Shown here piece after piece: positions 1 through 8,675 of a stretch of DNA of 64,000 nucleotides. The stretch comes from Chloroflexota bacterium (GTDB taxonomy: Bacteria; Chloroflexota; Dehalococcoidia; UBA2979), in contig JAQCIU010000019.1 in the NCBI GenBank assembly GCA_027593235.1, forward strand, positions 1 through 64,000, given 5' to 3'. Made by a program: the position numbers and the translations under genes. The first letter of the stretch is position 1. Each line of letters begins with the position of its first letter. Under the pieces are notes generated by a model. That model ran no database searches, was not told the DNA's origin, and saw only the letters and a list, made by a program, of their open reading frames with translations.

Positions 1-138
1 CCGCCCGCCCTTTCTCTTTTTCGGGGGCAAGCCCCCGCAGCCCCCCGGCCGCGAGGCCGCTTCGCGGTTCGCGCAGAGCGGGACCGTCGGCGACAGGACC
101 CAGGCTGCCTGGCGGCGAGACAACAGGGTCCGCGGGGC

Positions 139-216
139 CTGGGCGTCTGGGCGTCTGGGCGCGACCTCGGTCTTCAAGGGTGGTCACGAGTAGCGACGAC
201 GATGGTCACGAGTAGC
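139..216. repeat. Short tandem/direct repeats in non-coding DNA
   Basis: CTGGGCGT x2 plus CTGGGCGC at 139-162; TGGTCACGAGTAGC at 181-194 and 203-216. Confidence 0.7.
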
Positions 217-422
217 AAAGTCGGCCATTGCCCGGAGCAGTCGCGCTGGCCGACGAGGAGCGGCGACGTGAGACGCGTCGACAGGAGACGGGTCAAGCGA
301 AGCCGGTCGGAGCCGCAGGGTGGCGGGAGCGCTACGGGGCGACGAGGCGGGTCGGCCGGGGACGCGAAACGGCCCCGGCGGTGAGGCCGGGGCCGTTGGT
401 CGCTGTCCTCGAACGGTGCGCG

Positions 423-1619
423 CTAGCCCCTCGGGAGGCCGAGGCCGCGGGTGGCAATGATGTTGCGCTGGATCTCGGAGCTGCCGCCTTCGATGGTGTT
501 GGCCATCGAGCGGAGGTAGCGGTACGAGGGTTGAGTGCTCGTGCGGGCGTCTTCGGTGGGGTCGTAGATCTGGGCGTGGAGGCCGTAGACCTTCATGTGC
601 AGGCGGGCGATGCGCTGGTTCATTTCGGAACCGAACATCTTGGCCATCGATGCCTCGTAGTTCGGGACGCGGTTGGCGGCCTGCATCGACATCATGTGAT
701 ACGAGAAGAGGAGTGAGACCTCGGCGTCGATGGTGCGGTCGGCGAAGCCGAGGCGGACTTCGCCCTTGTCGAGCTGGGACTGCTCCGGCGGAAGCGCCTT
801 CGCCCGATCGAGTAGCTCGCGGAGGCTCTTGTGGGTGCCGATCGAGGTGCCGATGCCGCTGCGCTCGAAGTCGGTGAGGGTCATGCCGACGTACCAGCCG
901 CGGTTCTCTTCGCCGACGCGGTTGGCGACGGGGACGTGCACGTCCTCGAAGAAGACTTCGTTGAAATCGGAGTGGCCGGTCATCTGGGTGAGCGGGCGGA
1001 CGGTGACGCCGGGGTCGGCCATCGGGAACATGAGGAACGAGATGCCGCGGTGCTTGGGCGCATCCGGGTCGCTGCGGGCGAGCATGTACATCCAGTCGGC
1101 GTGGTGAGCGCCGGAGGTCCAGATCTTCTGGCCGTTGACGACGTACTCATCGCCGTCGCGGATGGCGCGGGTCTGGAGCGAGGCGAGGTCGGATCCGGCG
1201 CCGGGCTCAGACCAGCCCTGACACCAGGCGATTTCGCCGTTCATGATCTTGGGGAGGTGTTCGGCCTTCTGCTCATCGCTGCCGTGGACCAGCAGCGTGG
1301 GGCCGATCATCATCGTGCCGAAGCCGCCGACGTTGCTGACGCCGGCCTTTGAGAACTCTTCGTTGAGGACGGCCTGCTCGCGAGAGCTGAGGCCGGCGCC
1401 GCCGGCCTCCTTCGGCCAGTGCGGGGCGACCCAGTGCTTCGCGGCGAGCGCGCCGCGCCAGGCCTCGTAGTCGGCCATCTTGTCGGCGTCGACAGACTTC
1501 GGGCCGAAGAACGCGCCGGGGTCCTTGCCGTCGGCGCGGAGCGGCTTCGTTTCATCGAGGAACGCCTGCACCTCGGCGCGGAACGTGGCCTCGGCTGGTG
1601 AATCGGTGAAATCGACCAT
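423..1619 (-). CDS. Acyl-CoA dehydrogenase family protein
   Basis: WCQGWSEPGAGSDLASL, NGQKIWTS, FNEVFFEDV, TIEGGSSEIQRNII motifs; GAGGAG RBS upstream. Confidence 0.95.
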   Translation of the reverse strand: MVDFTDSPAEATFRAEVQAFLDETKPLRADGKDPGAFFGPKSVDADKMADYEAWRGALAAKHWVAPHWPKEAGGAGLSSREQAVLNEEFSKAGVSNVGGFGTMMIGPTLLVHGSDEQKAEHLPKIMNGEIAWCQGWSEPGAGSDLASLQTRAIRDGDEYVVNGQKIWTSGAHHADWMYMLARSDPDAPKHRGISFLMFPMADPGVTVRPLTQMTGHSDFNEVFFEDVHVPVANRVGEENRGWYVGMTLTDFERSGIGTSIGTHKSLRELLDRAKALPPEQSQLDKGEVRLGFADRTIDAEVSLLFSYHMMSMQAANRVPNYEASMAKMFGSEMNQRIARLHMKVYGLHAQIYDPTEDARTSTQPSYRYLRSMANTIEGGSSEIQRNIIATRGLGLPRG

Positions 1620-1824
1620 GACGCTCTCCTCGGGATTGGGCAGCGGATCGAAGCTACCAGAAGACGGAAGCCGTTCAAGCTGATGTTAACCGCTGAGCCT
1701 GTTGACCATTATCGTCCCGATGCGCACTTCCCAGCGATGGCGAACACGGCCGGTGAGTTGAGCGCGACGCCGTGAGCCGTCACGCTGGGATGGCCACTAC
1801 GGGGACACGAACGGCGGTTCGCGG

Positions 1825-2358
1825 ATGAGTGAAGCTCAGGTCTCGCCACTCCTCGCGGTGCTGGCATTGACGACGGTGGCGGCATCGATCGCGCTCGCCG
1901 CCTCGATCAGCGCGCCCGGCGCATACAACCTGCGCGCACTGGTGCTGGAACGCGGACGCTGGCTGGCGTTCCTCGTAGCCGCGGTGGCGATGGCGAGTTC
2001 GCTGTACTACTCCGAGGTGGTCGGGTTCGTCCCCTGCGAGTTCTGCTGGTACCAGCGGATCGCGATGTATCCGCTGGTGGTGGTGCTGGCGGTGGCGGCG
2101 GTGATACGGGATGATCGCGTCTTCCGTTATGTCCTGCCGATTGCGGTGATCGGGTCCCTACTCTCGATCTATCACTATCAGTTGCAGCTCTTCCCGGATC
2201 AGGCTTCGTCCTGCTCGACCGGTGTCCCGTGCCATGCTCGTTATGTCGAAGAATTCGGGTTCGTGTCGATCCCGTTGATGGCGCTTTGCGGTTTCATCGC
2301 GATCATCGCGCTGCACGTCACGATGCGGCGCGCGCGCGCGATCGAGGAAGCCGACTGA
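1825..2358 (+). CDS. dsbB: Disulfide bond formation protein B (DsbB/BdbC family)
   Basis: SLYYSEV..FVPCEFCWYQRIAMYP, second Cys pair SCSTGVPC, several TM helices. Confidence 0.9.
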   Translation: MSEAQVSPLLAVLALTTVAASIALAASISAPGAYNLRALVLERGRWLAFLVAAVAMASSLYYSEVVGFVPCEFCWYQRIAMYPLVVVLAVAAVIRDDRVFRYVLPIAVIGSLLSIYHYQLQLFPDQASSCSTGVPCHARYVEEFGFVSIPLMALCGFIAIIALHVTMRRARAIEEAD

Positions 2359-2395
2359 GCCACTGAGCCGCAATCCTCGAAACGAGGCCGCCACG

Positions 2396-2854
2396 ATGTC
2401 CGACGACCGCCCGATCTTGGACCAGATCAACCTCGTGAGTGGCGATGTCGAGGCGAGCGTCGCGTTCTACCGGCTGCTTGGGGTGGAGATCGCGGATACG
2501 GCGCCGGGTTGGAACCGGCACCATCGGAACGCGGACTTCGGCGCGGACAGCCAGATCGACCTGGACGTGGACAGCAGCGAATTCGCCGCGCACTGGGGCG
2601 GGCGCGCCGTGCCGCCGGGGCCGCTACTCGGCTTCCGCGTCACCACTCGGGAGGCCGTGGACACGCTGTACCAGCGCCTGACGGCCGGCGGACATCGAGG
2701 GCTGCGCGCGCCGTACGACGCGTTCTGGGGCGTGCGATTCGCGATCGTCGAAGACCCGGGCGGCACGGCAGTCGGGCTGATGAGCGAGCCGTCGGCTGCG
2801 CACCGCGGCGCGACGCCGGACCTCGCGGAGTTCGAGGCCGGCGCTTCAGACTGA
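2396..2854 (+). CDS. VOC/glyoxalase family protein
   Basis: INLVSGDVEASVAFYRLLG ... PYDAFWGVRFAIVEDPGG. Confidence 0.9.
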   Translation: MSDDRPILDQINLVSGDVEASVAFYRLLGVEIADTAPGWNRHHRNADFGADSQIDLDVDSSEFAAHWGGRAVPPGPLLGFRVTTREAVDTLYQRLTAGGHRGLRAPYDAFWGVRFAIVEDPGGTAVGLMSEPSAAHRGATPDLAEFEAGASD

Positions 2855-2915
2855 GCGACCCGGCACGAGCGGTCCGACGCGACCGGCCCCACGCAAGCGG
2901 CCCGATGCGAGCGGC

Positions 2916-4103
2916 CTAGGCCCGCGCGGCGGCGGCGTGATCCCAAGGCGCGATCCATTCGTCGCGGATCTCGAAGCCGAAGCCGGGCGCGTCCGAGGGC
3001 GTGACGTAGCCACCGTCGGGGACGGGGACGCCGGGGAACTGGGCGGCCTCCTGGAGTGGGACGCCGGGATCGGAGCCGAGAAAGTACTCGGCGATCGGCG
3101 CCTCCGGCATGGCGAGGCTGAAGTGCTGGCCCCAGGGGGTGTTGGCGCTGAAGTGCGGCACGGTCTGGAGGCCGGCGGCTTCCGCGAGCGTGTAGATCTT
3201 GAGCGCCTCAGTGAGGCCGCCGCACCACTTCATGTCGGGCTGGAGCACGTCGACGGCGCGATGCTCGATGAGCTGGCGGAAGGCGTGGCGTCCATGGTGG
3301 TGCTCGCCGGTGGCGATCGGCATGTAGGGGATGCGGCGGCGGAGTTCGCGCTGGCCCTCGAGGTCCCATGGCGGGAGCGGCTCCTCGAGCCAGCGGAGGT
3401 CGAAGGGCCGCAGGCGTTCGGCGAGTCGGACGGTGAAGTCGACGTTGAAGCCCATCACCGGGTTGAAGGCGAGTTCGGCGGCCGGGCCGACGGTCTTGCG
3501 CGCTTCGGCGATCTTCGCCTCGAGCTGGTTGATGCCCTCGAGGCCGTCGTCGTAGTGGACCGGGTTGCTGACCTTGAAGGCCTCGAAGCCGAGTTCCATC
3601 GACCAATCGAGATCGTCCGAGGTGGCGTAGCACTTGATGCGGTCGCGGACGGGACCGCCGAGGAGGCGGTAGACGGGCTGATCGAGCAGCTTGCCCTTCA
3701 GATCCCAGAGCGCCAGATCGATGCCGGATTGCGCGACGGCGGCGTGACCGGTGGCGCCGACGGCCTGCGAGGCGCGCCACATCAGATCATTGTGCAGCTC
3801 CGTCGCGAGCGCGTCGCGGCCCTCGAGGAGTGGCGCGAAGACGTAGTCGACGATCGCGGCGACCGGCTCACCGAAGGAGCAGACGCCGAGGCCGGTGGTG
3901 CCATCCTCGGCGATCGCTTGCACCCAGACGTCGATGTTGGTCTGGGCGCCGGGCATCCGCGCGAAGTCTCGCGGGAACTCGGGGTACTTGTGGATCGGCA
4001 GCGCGCGTGGCGCGAGCTTGTTCCAGCCCTCGCGCCGCGGTTTCGTCGGTGAGGACGGGCGCGGGACCTCGACAGTGACGGCGCGGATCTGCTTGAGCTT
4101 CAT
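2916..4103 (-). CDS. Mandelate racemase/enolase superfamily acid-sugar dehydratase (L-rhamnonate dehydratase-like)
   Basis: SGIDLALWDLKGK..QPVYRLLGG, WLEEPL, IATGEH, LQPD..WCGGLTE, PSDAPGFG; start placed at ATG 4103 (MKLKQIRAV). Confidence 0.85.
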   Translation of the reverse strand: MKLKQIRAVTVEVPRPSSPTKPRREGWNKLAPRALPIHKYPEFPRDFARMPGAQTNIDVWVQAIAEDGTTGLGVCSFGEPVAAIVDYVFAPLLEGRDALATELHNDLMWRASQAVGATGHAAVAQSGIDLALWDLKGKLLDQPVYRLLGGPVRDRIKCYATSDDLDWSMELGFEAFKVSNPVHYDDGLEGINQLEAKIAEARKTVGPAAELAFNPVMGFNVDFTVRLAERLRPFDLRWLEEPLPPWDLEGQRELRRRIPYMPIATGEHHHGRHAFRQLIEHRAVDVLQPDMKWCGGLTEALKIYTLAEAAGLQTVPHFSANTPWGQHFSLAMPEAPIAEYFLGSDPGVPLQEAAQFPGVPVPDGGYVTPSDAPGFGFEIRDEWIAPWDHAAAARA

Positions 4104-4282
4104 CGGCTTCCTGCTCCCGGCGGCCAACGATCGCGGCCACAAGTTCCCTCGTCAAAGCGACCGCACCATAGCGCCGACGGCGCAGGCTGTCCCGGGCGGC
4201 CGGGAGGGCCTCGGGAGCTGGAACGCAGGCACAAGCGTTATGATGGCGGCGGATCGCAGCCACGCCCCGAAGGAGGGACAAC

Positions 4283-4939
4283 GTGCCCAACCCGAACAGC
4301 AAGACCACCGGCGACTTCGAGATTCGCGGGATCAATCATCTGGCGCTGGTCTGTAAGGACATGGCGCGGACCGTCGATTTCTACACAAATGTGCTCGGGT
4401 TCCCGCTGATTAAGACGCTTGATCTGCCGAACGGGATGGGTCAGCACTTCTTCTTCGACATCGGCAACGGCGACAGCCTTGCCTTCTTCTGGTTCCCGGA
4501 CGCCCCTGAGGCACACCCGGGGATCGCGTCGCCCGACACGAACACGTTCTTCGACCCACGGTCCGAGCTGACGACGGCGCACGCCTCGATGAACCACGTG
4601 GCGTTCGATGTCGCGCCGGAGCAGATGGAGGCCTACCGCGACCGCCTGGAGGAGAAGGGCGTGCGGGTGACGCCGATCATGAACCACGACGCGTCAGCGG
4701 CGCAGGTCAGCATGGAGCTGACCGAGACGACGTTCGTGCGTTCGATCTACTTCTTCGACCCGGACGGGATCTGCCTGGAGTTCGCGGCGTGGACGAGGGT
4801 ATTCGGCGCGGACGACGTGGAGCACACGCCGGCGACCGAGCACGACCGCGCGCGCTACCTGGAAGTCCAGCGCGCGGGTGCAGCAGCACGCGCCGCAGCG
4901 AAGGCCGCGCGGGTGCCGGCGGGCATCTCCGGGGACTAA
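4283..4939 (+). CDS. VOC family protein
   Basis: GINHLALVCKDMARTVDFYTNVLG, MNHVAF, SIYFFDPDGICLEFA; AAGGAGG RBS before GTG. Confidence 0.9.
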   Translation: MPNPNSKTTGDFEIRGINHLALVCKDMARTVDFYTNVLGFPLIKTLDLPNGMGQHFFFDIGNGDSLAFFWFPDAPEAHPGIASPDTNTFFDPRSELTTAHASMNHVAFDVAPEQMEAYRDRLEEKGVRVTPIMNHDASAAQVSMELTETTFVRSIYFFDPDGICLEFAAWTRVFGADDVEHTPATEHDRARYLEVQRAGAAARAAAKAARVPAGISGD

Positions 4940-4965
4940 GCCCCCGACCAGCCATCGCACTTCGG

Positions 4966-4990
4966 GAAGCCCCGCCGACGGCGGGGCTTC
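4966..4990 (+). terminator. GC-rich hairpin between VOC and CMD genes (terminator or mRNA-stabilising stem)
   Basis: GAAGCCCCGCC-GAC-GGCGGGGCTTC, perfect 11-bp stem; only a weak U tract follows. Confidence 0.55.
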
Positions 4991-5024
4991 TGGTTCCCGC
5001 ACCACGACGAAAGGACCATCAGCC

Positions 5025-5672
5025 ATGCCACGCCTGCGCCAGGTACCTCGCTCCGAGGCTTCGCCCGAAGTGCTGGAGATGTACGACCGGCTCTTCGGAA
5101 CTCGTGACCCGGTGACCGAGCCGGGGACGGCGACCGGTACGCGCGGCAACTGGTGGACGGTGTTCGCGCTGGTGCCGGACATCTTCAACCACGCGGTGGC
5201 AGGCTTCGGGCTGTTCAGCAGCCCGAGCCGGAAGCTGGATCCGAAATTCCGGGAGCTGGGGCTGACGCGCGCCGGGTTCGTACGCGGCAGCCAGTTCGTC
5301 TTTTCGCAGCACTCGAAGGCGTCGCGGACCGCGGGGCTGAGCGACGCACAGGTAGCGGCGCTGCCAGCGTGGCAGACCTCGGAGGCGTTCTCGGCGGCGG
5401 AGCGCGCGGTGCTGGCGTACACGGACGAGCTGTTGCTGGCGGATGGACGGGTGCAGGACGCGACCTTCGAGGCGCTGCGCGCGGCGCTCTCCGAGGAGGC
5501 GATCCTCGAGCTGACGTACGCCGTCGCCTCGTATGGGTTGCACGCCACGATCTGTCGCGCGCTGCGGCTGGAGTACGACGACATCGACGAGCGCGTGGTG
5601 GAGATCCCGGTACCGACCGGGGGCGGGCCAGCGCAGGACATCATGCGCGACATCAGTCGCGCCGGAGAGTAG
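5025..5672 (+). CDS. Carboxymuconolactone decarboxylase (CMD/AhpD-like) family protein
   Basis: MPRLRQVP..., LDPKFRELGLTRAG, FSAAERAVLAYTDEL, ELTYAVASY; AAAGGA RBS; start at ATG 5025, not the ORF-track start. Confidence 0.85.
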   Translation: MPRLRQVPRSEASPEVLEMYDRLFGTRDPVTEPGTATGTRGNWWTVFALVPDIFNHAVAGFGLFSSPSRKLDPKFRELGLTRAGFVRGSQFVFSQHSKASRTAGLSDAQVAALPAWQTSEAFSAAERAVLAYTDELLLADGRVQDATFEALRAALSEEAILELTYAVASYGLHATICRALRLEYDDIDERVVEIPVPTGGGPAQDIMRDISRAGE

Positions 5673-5680
5673 GGGAGCCG

Positions 5681-6541
5681 GTGCAGGACGTCCCGGTGAG
5701 CGCACCTCGGCGGCTTCGCGATTTGATGGAGGCGGGAACGGTGCTTGCGCCGTTTGTATGGGACGGGGCGCAGGCGCGCTATGCCGCTGCCGCCGGACAC
5801 GCGGCGGTGTACATGACCGGATTCGGCACGGCCGCGTCGCATGGGCTGCCGGACATCGGGCTACTCGGCATGGCGGAGATGCAGGAGAACGCGCGGCGGA
5901 TTGTCGCGGCGGTCGACGTGCCGGTGATTGCGGACGCCGATACCGGCTATGGGAATCCGATCAACGTTGCGAACACGGTGCGCGCCTACGAGGCGGCGGG
6001 CGTTGCGGCGCTCCACATCGAGGACCAGGTCTGGCCGAAGCGCTGCGGGTTCATGGACGGAAAGGAGGTGATTCCGCTTCGCGAGATGGAGCAGAAGCTC
6101 GCCGCTGCACTGTCCGCCCGCCGCGACCCGGCGCTGATGGTGATCGGCCGCACGGACGCGCTGGCGCCGCTGGGCTGGGACGCGGCGATCGATCGAGCGA
6201 AGGCGTACCACGCGGTCGGCGTCGACCTCGTGTTCATCGACGGGCTGAAGACGCGCGAGGACATCGAGCGGGCGGCGGAGGCGCTGCCGGACGTGCCGCG
6301 GCTGCTCAACAGCGAGCTGTTAACGGCGGGCGAGGCGGCGGCGCTCGGCTTCCAACTGGTGATCCAGCTTGGATCGCTGCGCGCGCTGTTCGCGGCGATC
6401 CGCGGGGTCTACGAGGAGCTAGCGACGACCGGGCAGATCGACCTTGCGGCGCGGAACGCGCCGACGATCGATGAGATCGCGTCGGTCCTCGGCGTCGAGG
6501 AGCACCGCGCGATCGAGGCGGCGGTGCTCGAGGGGAGCTAG
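5681..6541 (+). CDS. Isocitrate lyase/PEP mutase family protein (methylisocitrate/dimethylmalate lyase-like)
   Basis: YMTGFG, GLPDIGL, PVIADADTGYG, HIEDQVWPKRCG, IGRTDA; GTG start after GGGGAG. Confidence 0.88.
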   Translation: MQDVPVSAPRRLRDLMEAGTVLAPFVWDGAQARYAAAAGHAAVYMTGFGTAASHGLPDIGLLGMAEMQENARRIVAAVDVPVIADADTGYGNPINVANTVRAYEAAGVAALHIEDQVWPKRCGFMDGKEVIPLREMEQKLAAALSARRDPALMVIGRTDALAPLGWDAAIDRAKAYHAVGVDLVFIDGLKTREDIERAAEALPDVPRLLNSELLTAGEAAALGFQLVIQLGSLRALFAAIRGVYEELATTGQIDLAARNAPTIDEIASVLGVEEHRAIEAAVLEGS

Positions 6542-6687
6542 CTGCCGACGCGGGACGCCTGGACGCGATCCTCGGTGTCGGGCAGCTCCTCGAAGGTTCG
6601 ATCGGCGAGCGTGGCCGACGCGAACTGCAGCAGCAGGATCGCGGTACCAATGCCAAGCACCCAGCCGAGCGCGAGTCCGTAGATCAT
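6538..6687 (-). CDS. Small single-TM hypothetical protein (49 aa)
   Basis: MIYGLALGWVLGIGTAILLLQFASA...; ATGA overlap with stop of the upstream ORF at 6684-6687. Confidence 0.55.
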   Translation of the reverse strand: MIYGLALGWVLGIGTAILLLQFASATLADRTFEELPDTEDRVQASRVGS

Positions 6688-7037
6688 GCGGGTATCCCTT
6701 CGAGCGTCCCGCCGGTGAGTCGTGCGGCGAGGCCGCGCGCGACGGTTCGCCAGGTCTGTTCGACGCGGCGGACGCTGAGCGCAGGGGTCTCGATCCATTC
6801 GGCGAGTGCGGTGGCGAGCGCCTCGACAGCGACGGCGGGGCCGAGATCGATCGCCAGGGAGCGAGCACCTGCGACCGGCGGGCCGAGCAGCAGGACGCGA
6901 CTGCGGTCGCGGCGGACCGGACGCAACTCGATCGAGAGGGTAGTGTCCGGCCAGTAGCCGGTGACCCAGAGCGAGCCGCCGTAGCGCAAGACGGTGGCGC
7001 GCCGGGCGCCCTCGATGCGGAGCGGCAGCGCGGTCAC
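6684..7037 (-). CDS. Hypothetical protein (117 aa)
   Basis: 4-bp start/stop overlaps with both neighbours (translational coupling). Confidence 0.55.
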   Translation of the reverse strand: MTALPLRIEGARRATVLRYGGSLWVTGYWPDTTLSIELRPVRRDRSRVLLLGPPVAGARSLAIDLGPAVAVEALATALAEWIETPALSVRRVEQTWRTVARGLAARLTGGTLEGIPA

Positions 7038-7438
7038 GCGACGGCCCGCGGGTTGCGCTGATCGGCAGCAGCGGTGGACTCGTTGACCTCGGGAGCCGCG
7101 GGGGACGGGCCGGTCTCGGGAGGTGGGGTGGTCTCGGTGGTGTGGCGCGCGAGGGCGTAGCGGGCGACGCGCTGGCCGGAGAGCAGCTCGACGAAGTCGG
7201 TGCGGATCGAGTGTCCACGCTGTTTGAGGTCCCAGATTCGTGCGCCGAGTCGCAGGCAGCCAAACTGCTCCTGAGCTTCGGGCTGGGTCAGCGGTCCCTG
7301 GGTCCGCAGGTAGTCGAGGACCAGATCGGTCTGGGTGCGCGGCAACGCGTCGCCGCGTCTTGCGGTGGTGATGACTGGCTCCTTTGCGCGATTTCCGTCG
7401 TTCTCATTGGTTCGGGCGCGGGGCTTGGGGTTGGTCAC
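7034..7438 (-). CDS. Phage-type helix-turn-helix protein (HTH_39-like)
   Basis: QTDLVLDYLRTQGPLTQPEAQEQFGCLRLGARIWDLKQRGHSIRT...VARY pattern; GTG 7438 overlaps the upstream TGA. Confidence 0.75.
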   Translation of the reverse strand: MTNPKPRARTNENDGNRAKEPVITTARRGDALPRTQTDLVLDYLRTQGPLTQPEAQEQFGCLRLGARIWDLKQRGHSIRTDFVELLSGQRVARYALARHTTETTPPPETGPSPAAPEVNESTAAADQRNPRAVA

Positions 7439-7719
7439 GCCGTCGCTCCGTCCGCCGATGTCGGTGGGGGATCGGCGTCCGCGAATCCGGCGAGTTCGAT
7501 CGGATCGACCTCGAGGATTGCGGCGAGCTGGGTGCGGCGGGCGGCCGGGAGTGCGCGATCGCCGCTGCGCCAGCGGCTCACGGTGCTGGCATCGACGCCG
7601 AGGCGCGCGGCGACCCAGGCGAGACGCCGCCCCTGTCGATCGAGGATCGTCGCGAGCGGGGTGGCCGCTTCGGGTGCGGCGGACGACACCTCGTGCGGGT
7701 TCGCATTCAGTCGGACCAT
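7435..7719 (-). CDS. Cro-like XRE HTH protein (94 aa)
   Basis: LAWVAARLGVDASTVSRWRSGDR..LAAILEV; GGAGG RBS upstream of ATG 7719; divergent from CI-like gene. Confidence 0.8.
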   Translation of the reverse strand: MVRLNANPHEVSSAAPEAATPLATILDRQGRRLAWVAARLGVDASTVSRWRSGDRALPAARRTQLAAILEVDPIELAGFADADPPPTSADGATA

Positions 7720-7805
7720 CGCTGCACCTCCCCTGCGCTCGCGACGGCGCGCCCTCGGCGGGCAAACACGGCGAGCGGCACGTTCGTGATATCGGTCATG
7801 TGCGC

Positions 7806-7869
7806 AGTATGCAGTACGCCGTGCACCGGTGCAAGGTGCATTGCCGCAACGCGCGGCTCGGGTTATCGT
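7806..7869. promoter_or_regulatory. Back-to-back sigma70-type promoters with a candidate operator palindrome
   Basis: + strand TTGCCG(7841-46)-N17-TATCGT(7864-69), 6 nt before the cI ATG; - strand TTGCAC(7834-29)-N17-CATACT(7811-06); palindrome TGCACCGGTGCA at 7822-7833. Confidence 0.55.
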
Positions 7870-7875
7870 GTCGCG

Positions 7876-8478
7876 ATGGCAGAGAATCTTGCGGCATGGA
7901 TGCGTGCACGGCTGCAGGAACGCGGCGAATCGCAGCGGCAGTTTTCCGCGCGCGTTGGCGTCGCCCCAAACACGGTGAAGGACTGGCTGCGCGGCGCGCA
8001 GCCGACCTGGGACAACTGCCAGGCGATCGCGGCGGCACTGGATGCCGACGTCGTGGAGGTCTGGGAGCTGGCGGGCTACGCGCAGCGCGCCCTCCCCGCG
8101 CGGCCCGGGCAGACCAGTGGCGCTGGCGACCGGCTCGAGGGTGTCCCGGTGATTACGGCGGACCAACTGGTTTCCGCAGGGCCGGGTGCAACGGTGCTTG
8201 GTGAGTCGGCGGGCGGCGCCCGGTACGTGGCGCTCCGCGTAGCGGGCGACAGCATGGTCCCGGACGTGCTGGAGGGCGACACCGTGGTGATCGACCTCGA
8301 ACAGTCGCAGCCCGATCCGGGGGCGATCGTGGTGGCTGTGGTGTCCGACCAGGTCTACGTGAAACGGCTGCGACGCCCCGGTGGCGGGCGCACGCGGTTG
8401 CAGTCCGCGGACGGATCGCTGCTGGCGGACTCGCCGGAGCAGACGTTCCGGGTGGTCCAGATCCGCCGCGACGTCTAG
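7876..8478 (+). CDS. CI/LexA-like repressor: XRE HTH plus peptidase S24 domain
   Basis: SQRQFSARVGVAPNTVKDWLRG HTH; VSAGPG (Ala-Gly cleavage-site context); GDSMVP catalytic Ser; YVKRL catalytic Lys. Confidence 0.9.
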   Translation: MAENLAAWMRARLQERGESQRQFSARVGVAPNTVKDWLRGAQPTWDNCQAIAAALDADVVEVWELAGYAQRALPARPGQTSGAGDRLEGVPVITADQLVSAGPGATVLGESAGGARYVALRVAGDSMVPDVLEGDTVVIDLEQSQPDPGAIVVAVVSDQVYVKRLRRPGGGRTRLQSADGSLLADSPEQTFRVVQIRRDV

Positions 8479-8490
8479 TCCCGCGTCGCT

Positions 8491-8562
8491 CCGACGTCCT
8501 CGTTAGCGCCGACGTCTTCGTTCGTCCCGACGTCTTTGTCAGTCCCGATATTTGATCGCGCC
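8491..8562. repeat. Degenerate 18-bp tandem repeat (about 4 units)
   Basis: CCGACGTC at 8491, 8509, 8527 and CCGATATT at 8545; exact 18-bp period. Confidence 0.7.
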
Positions 8563-8631
8563 GCCGACGAGTGGCTCGCCGCTGGCTGCACTACGAACCG
8601 GGCCCCTGACGATTTAGGCGCGCGTCTAAGC

Positions 8632-8657
8632 GAACACCAATTCAGAACATACGTTCG
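8632..8657 (+). promoter_or_regulatory. LexA (Cheo/DinR-type) SOS box plus adjacent degenerate copy
   Basis: GAAC-ATAC-GTTC at 8645-8656 (perfect GAAC-N4-GTTC) and GAAC-ACCA-ATTC at 8632-8643, about 20 nt upstream of ATG 8676. Confidence 0.7.
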
Positions 8658-8675
8658 GTAACAGATCATGGGTCG

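Noticed and set aside
8491-8562. Possible CRISPR array
   Set aside because: 18-bp period, no unique 25-45 bp spacers, no cas genes
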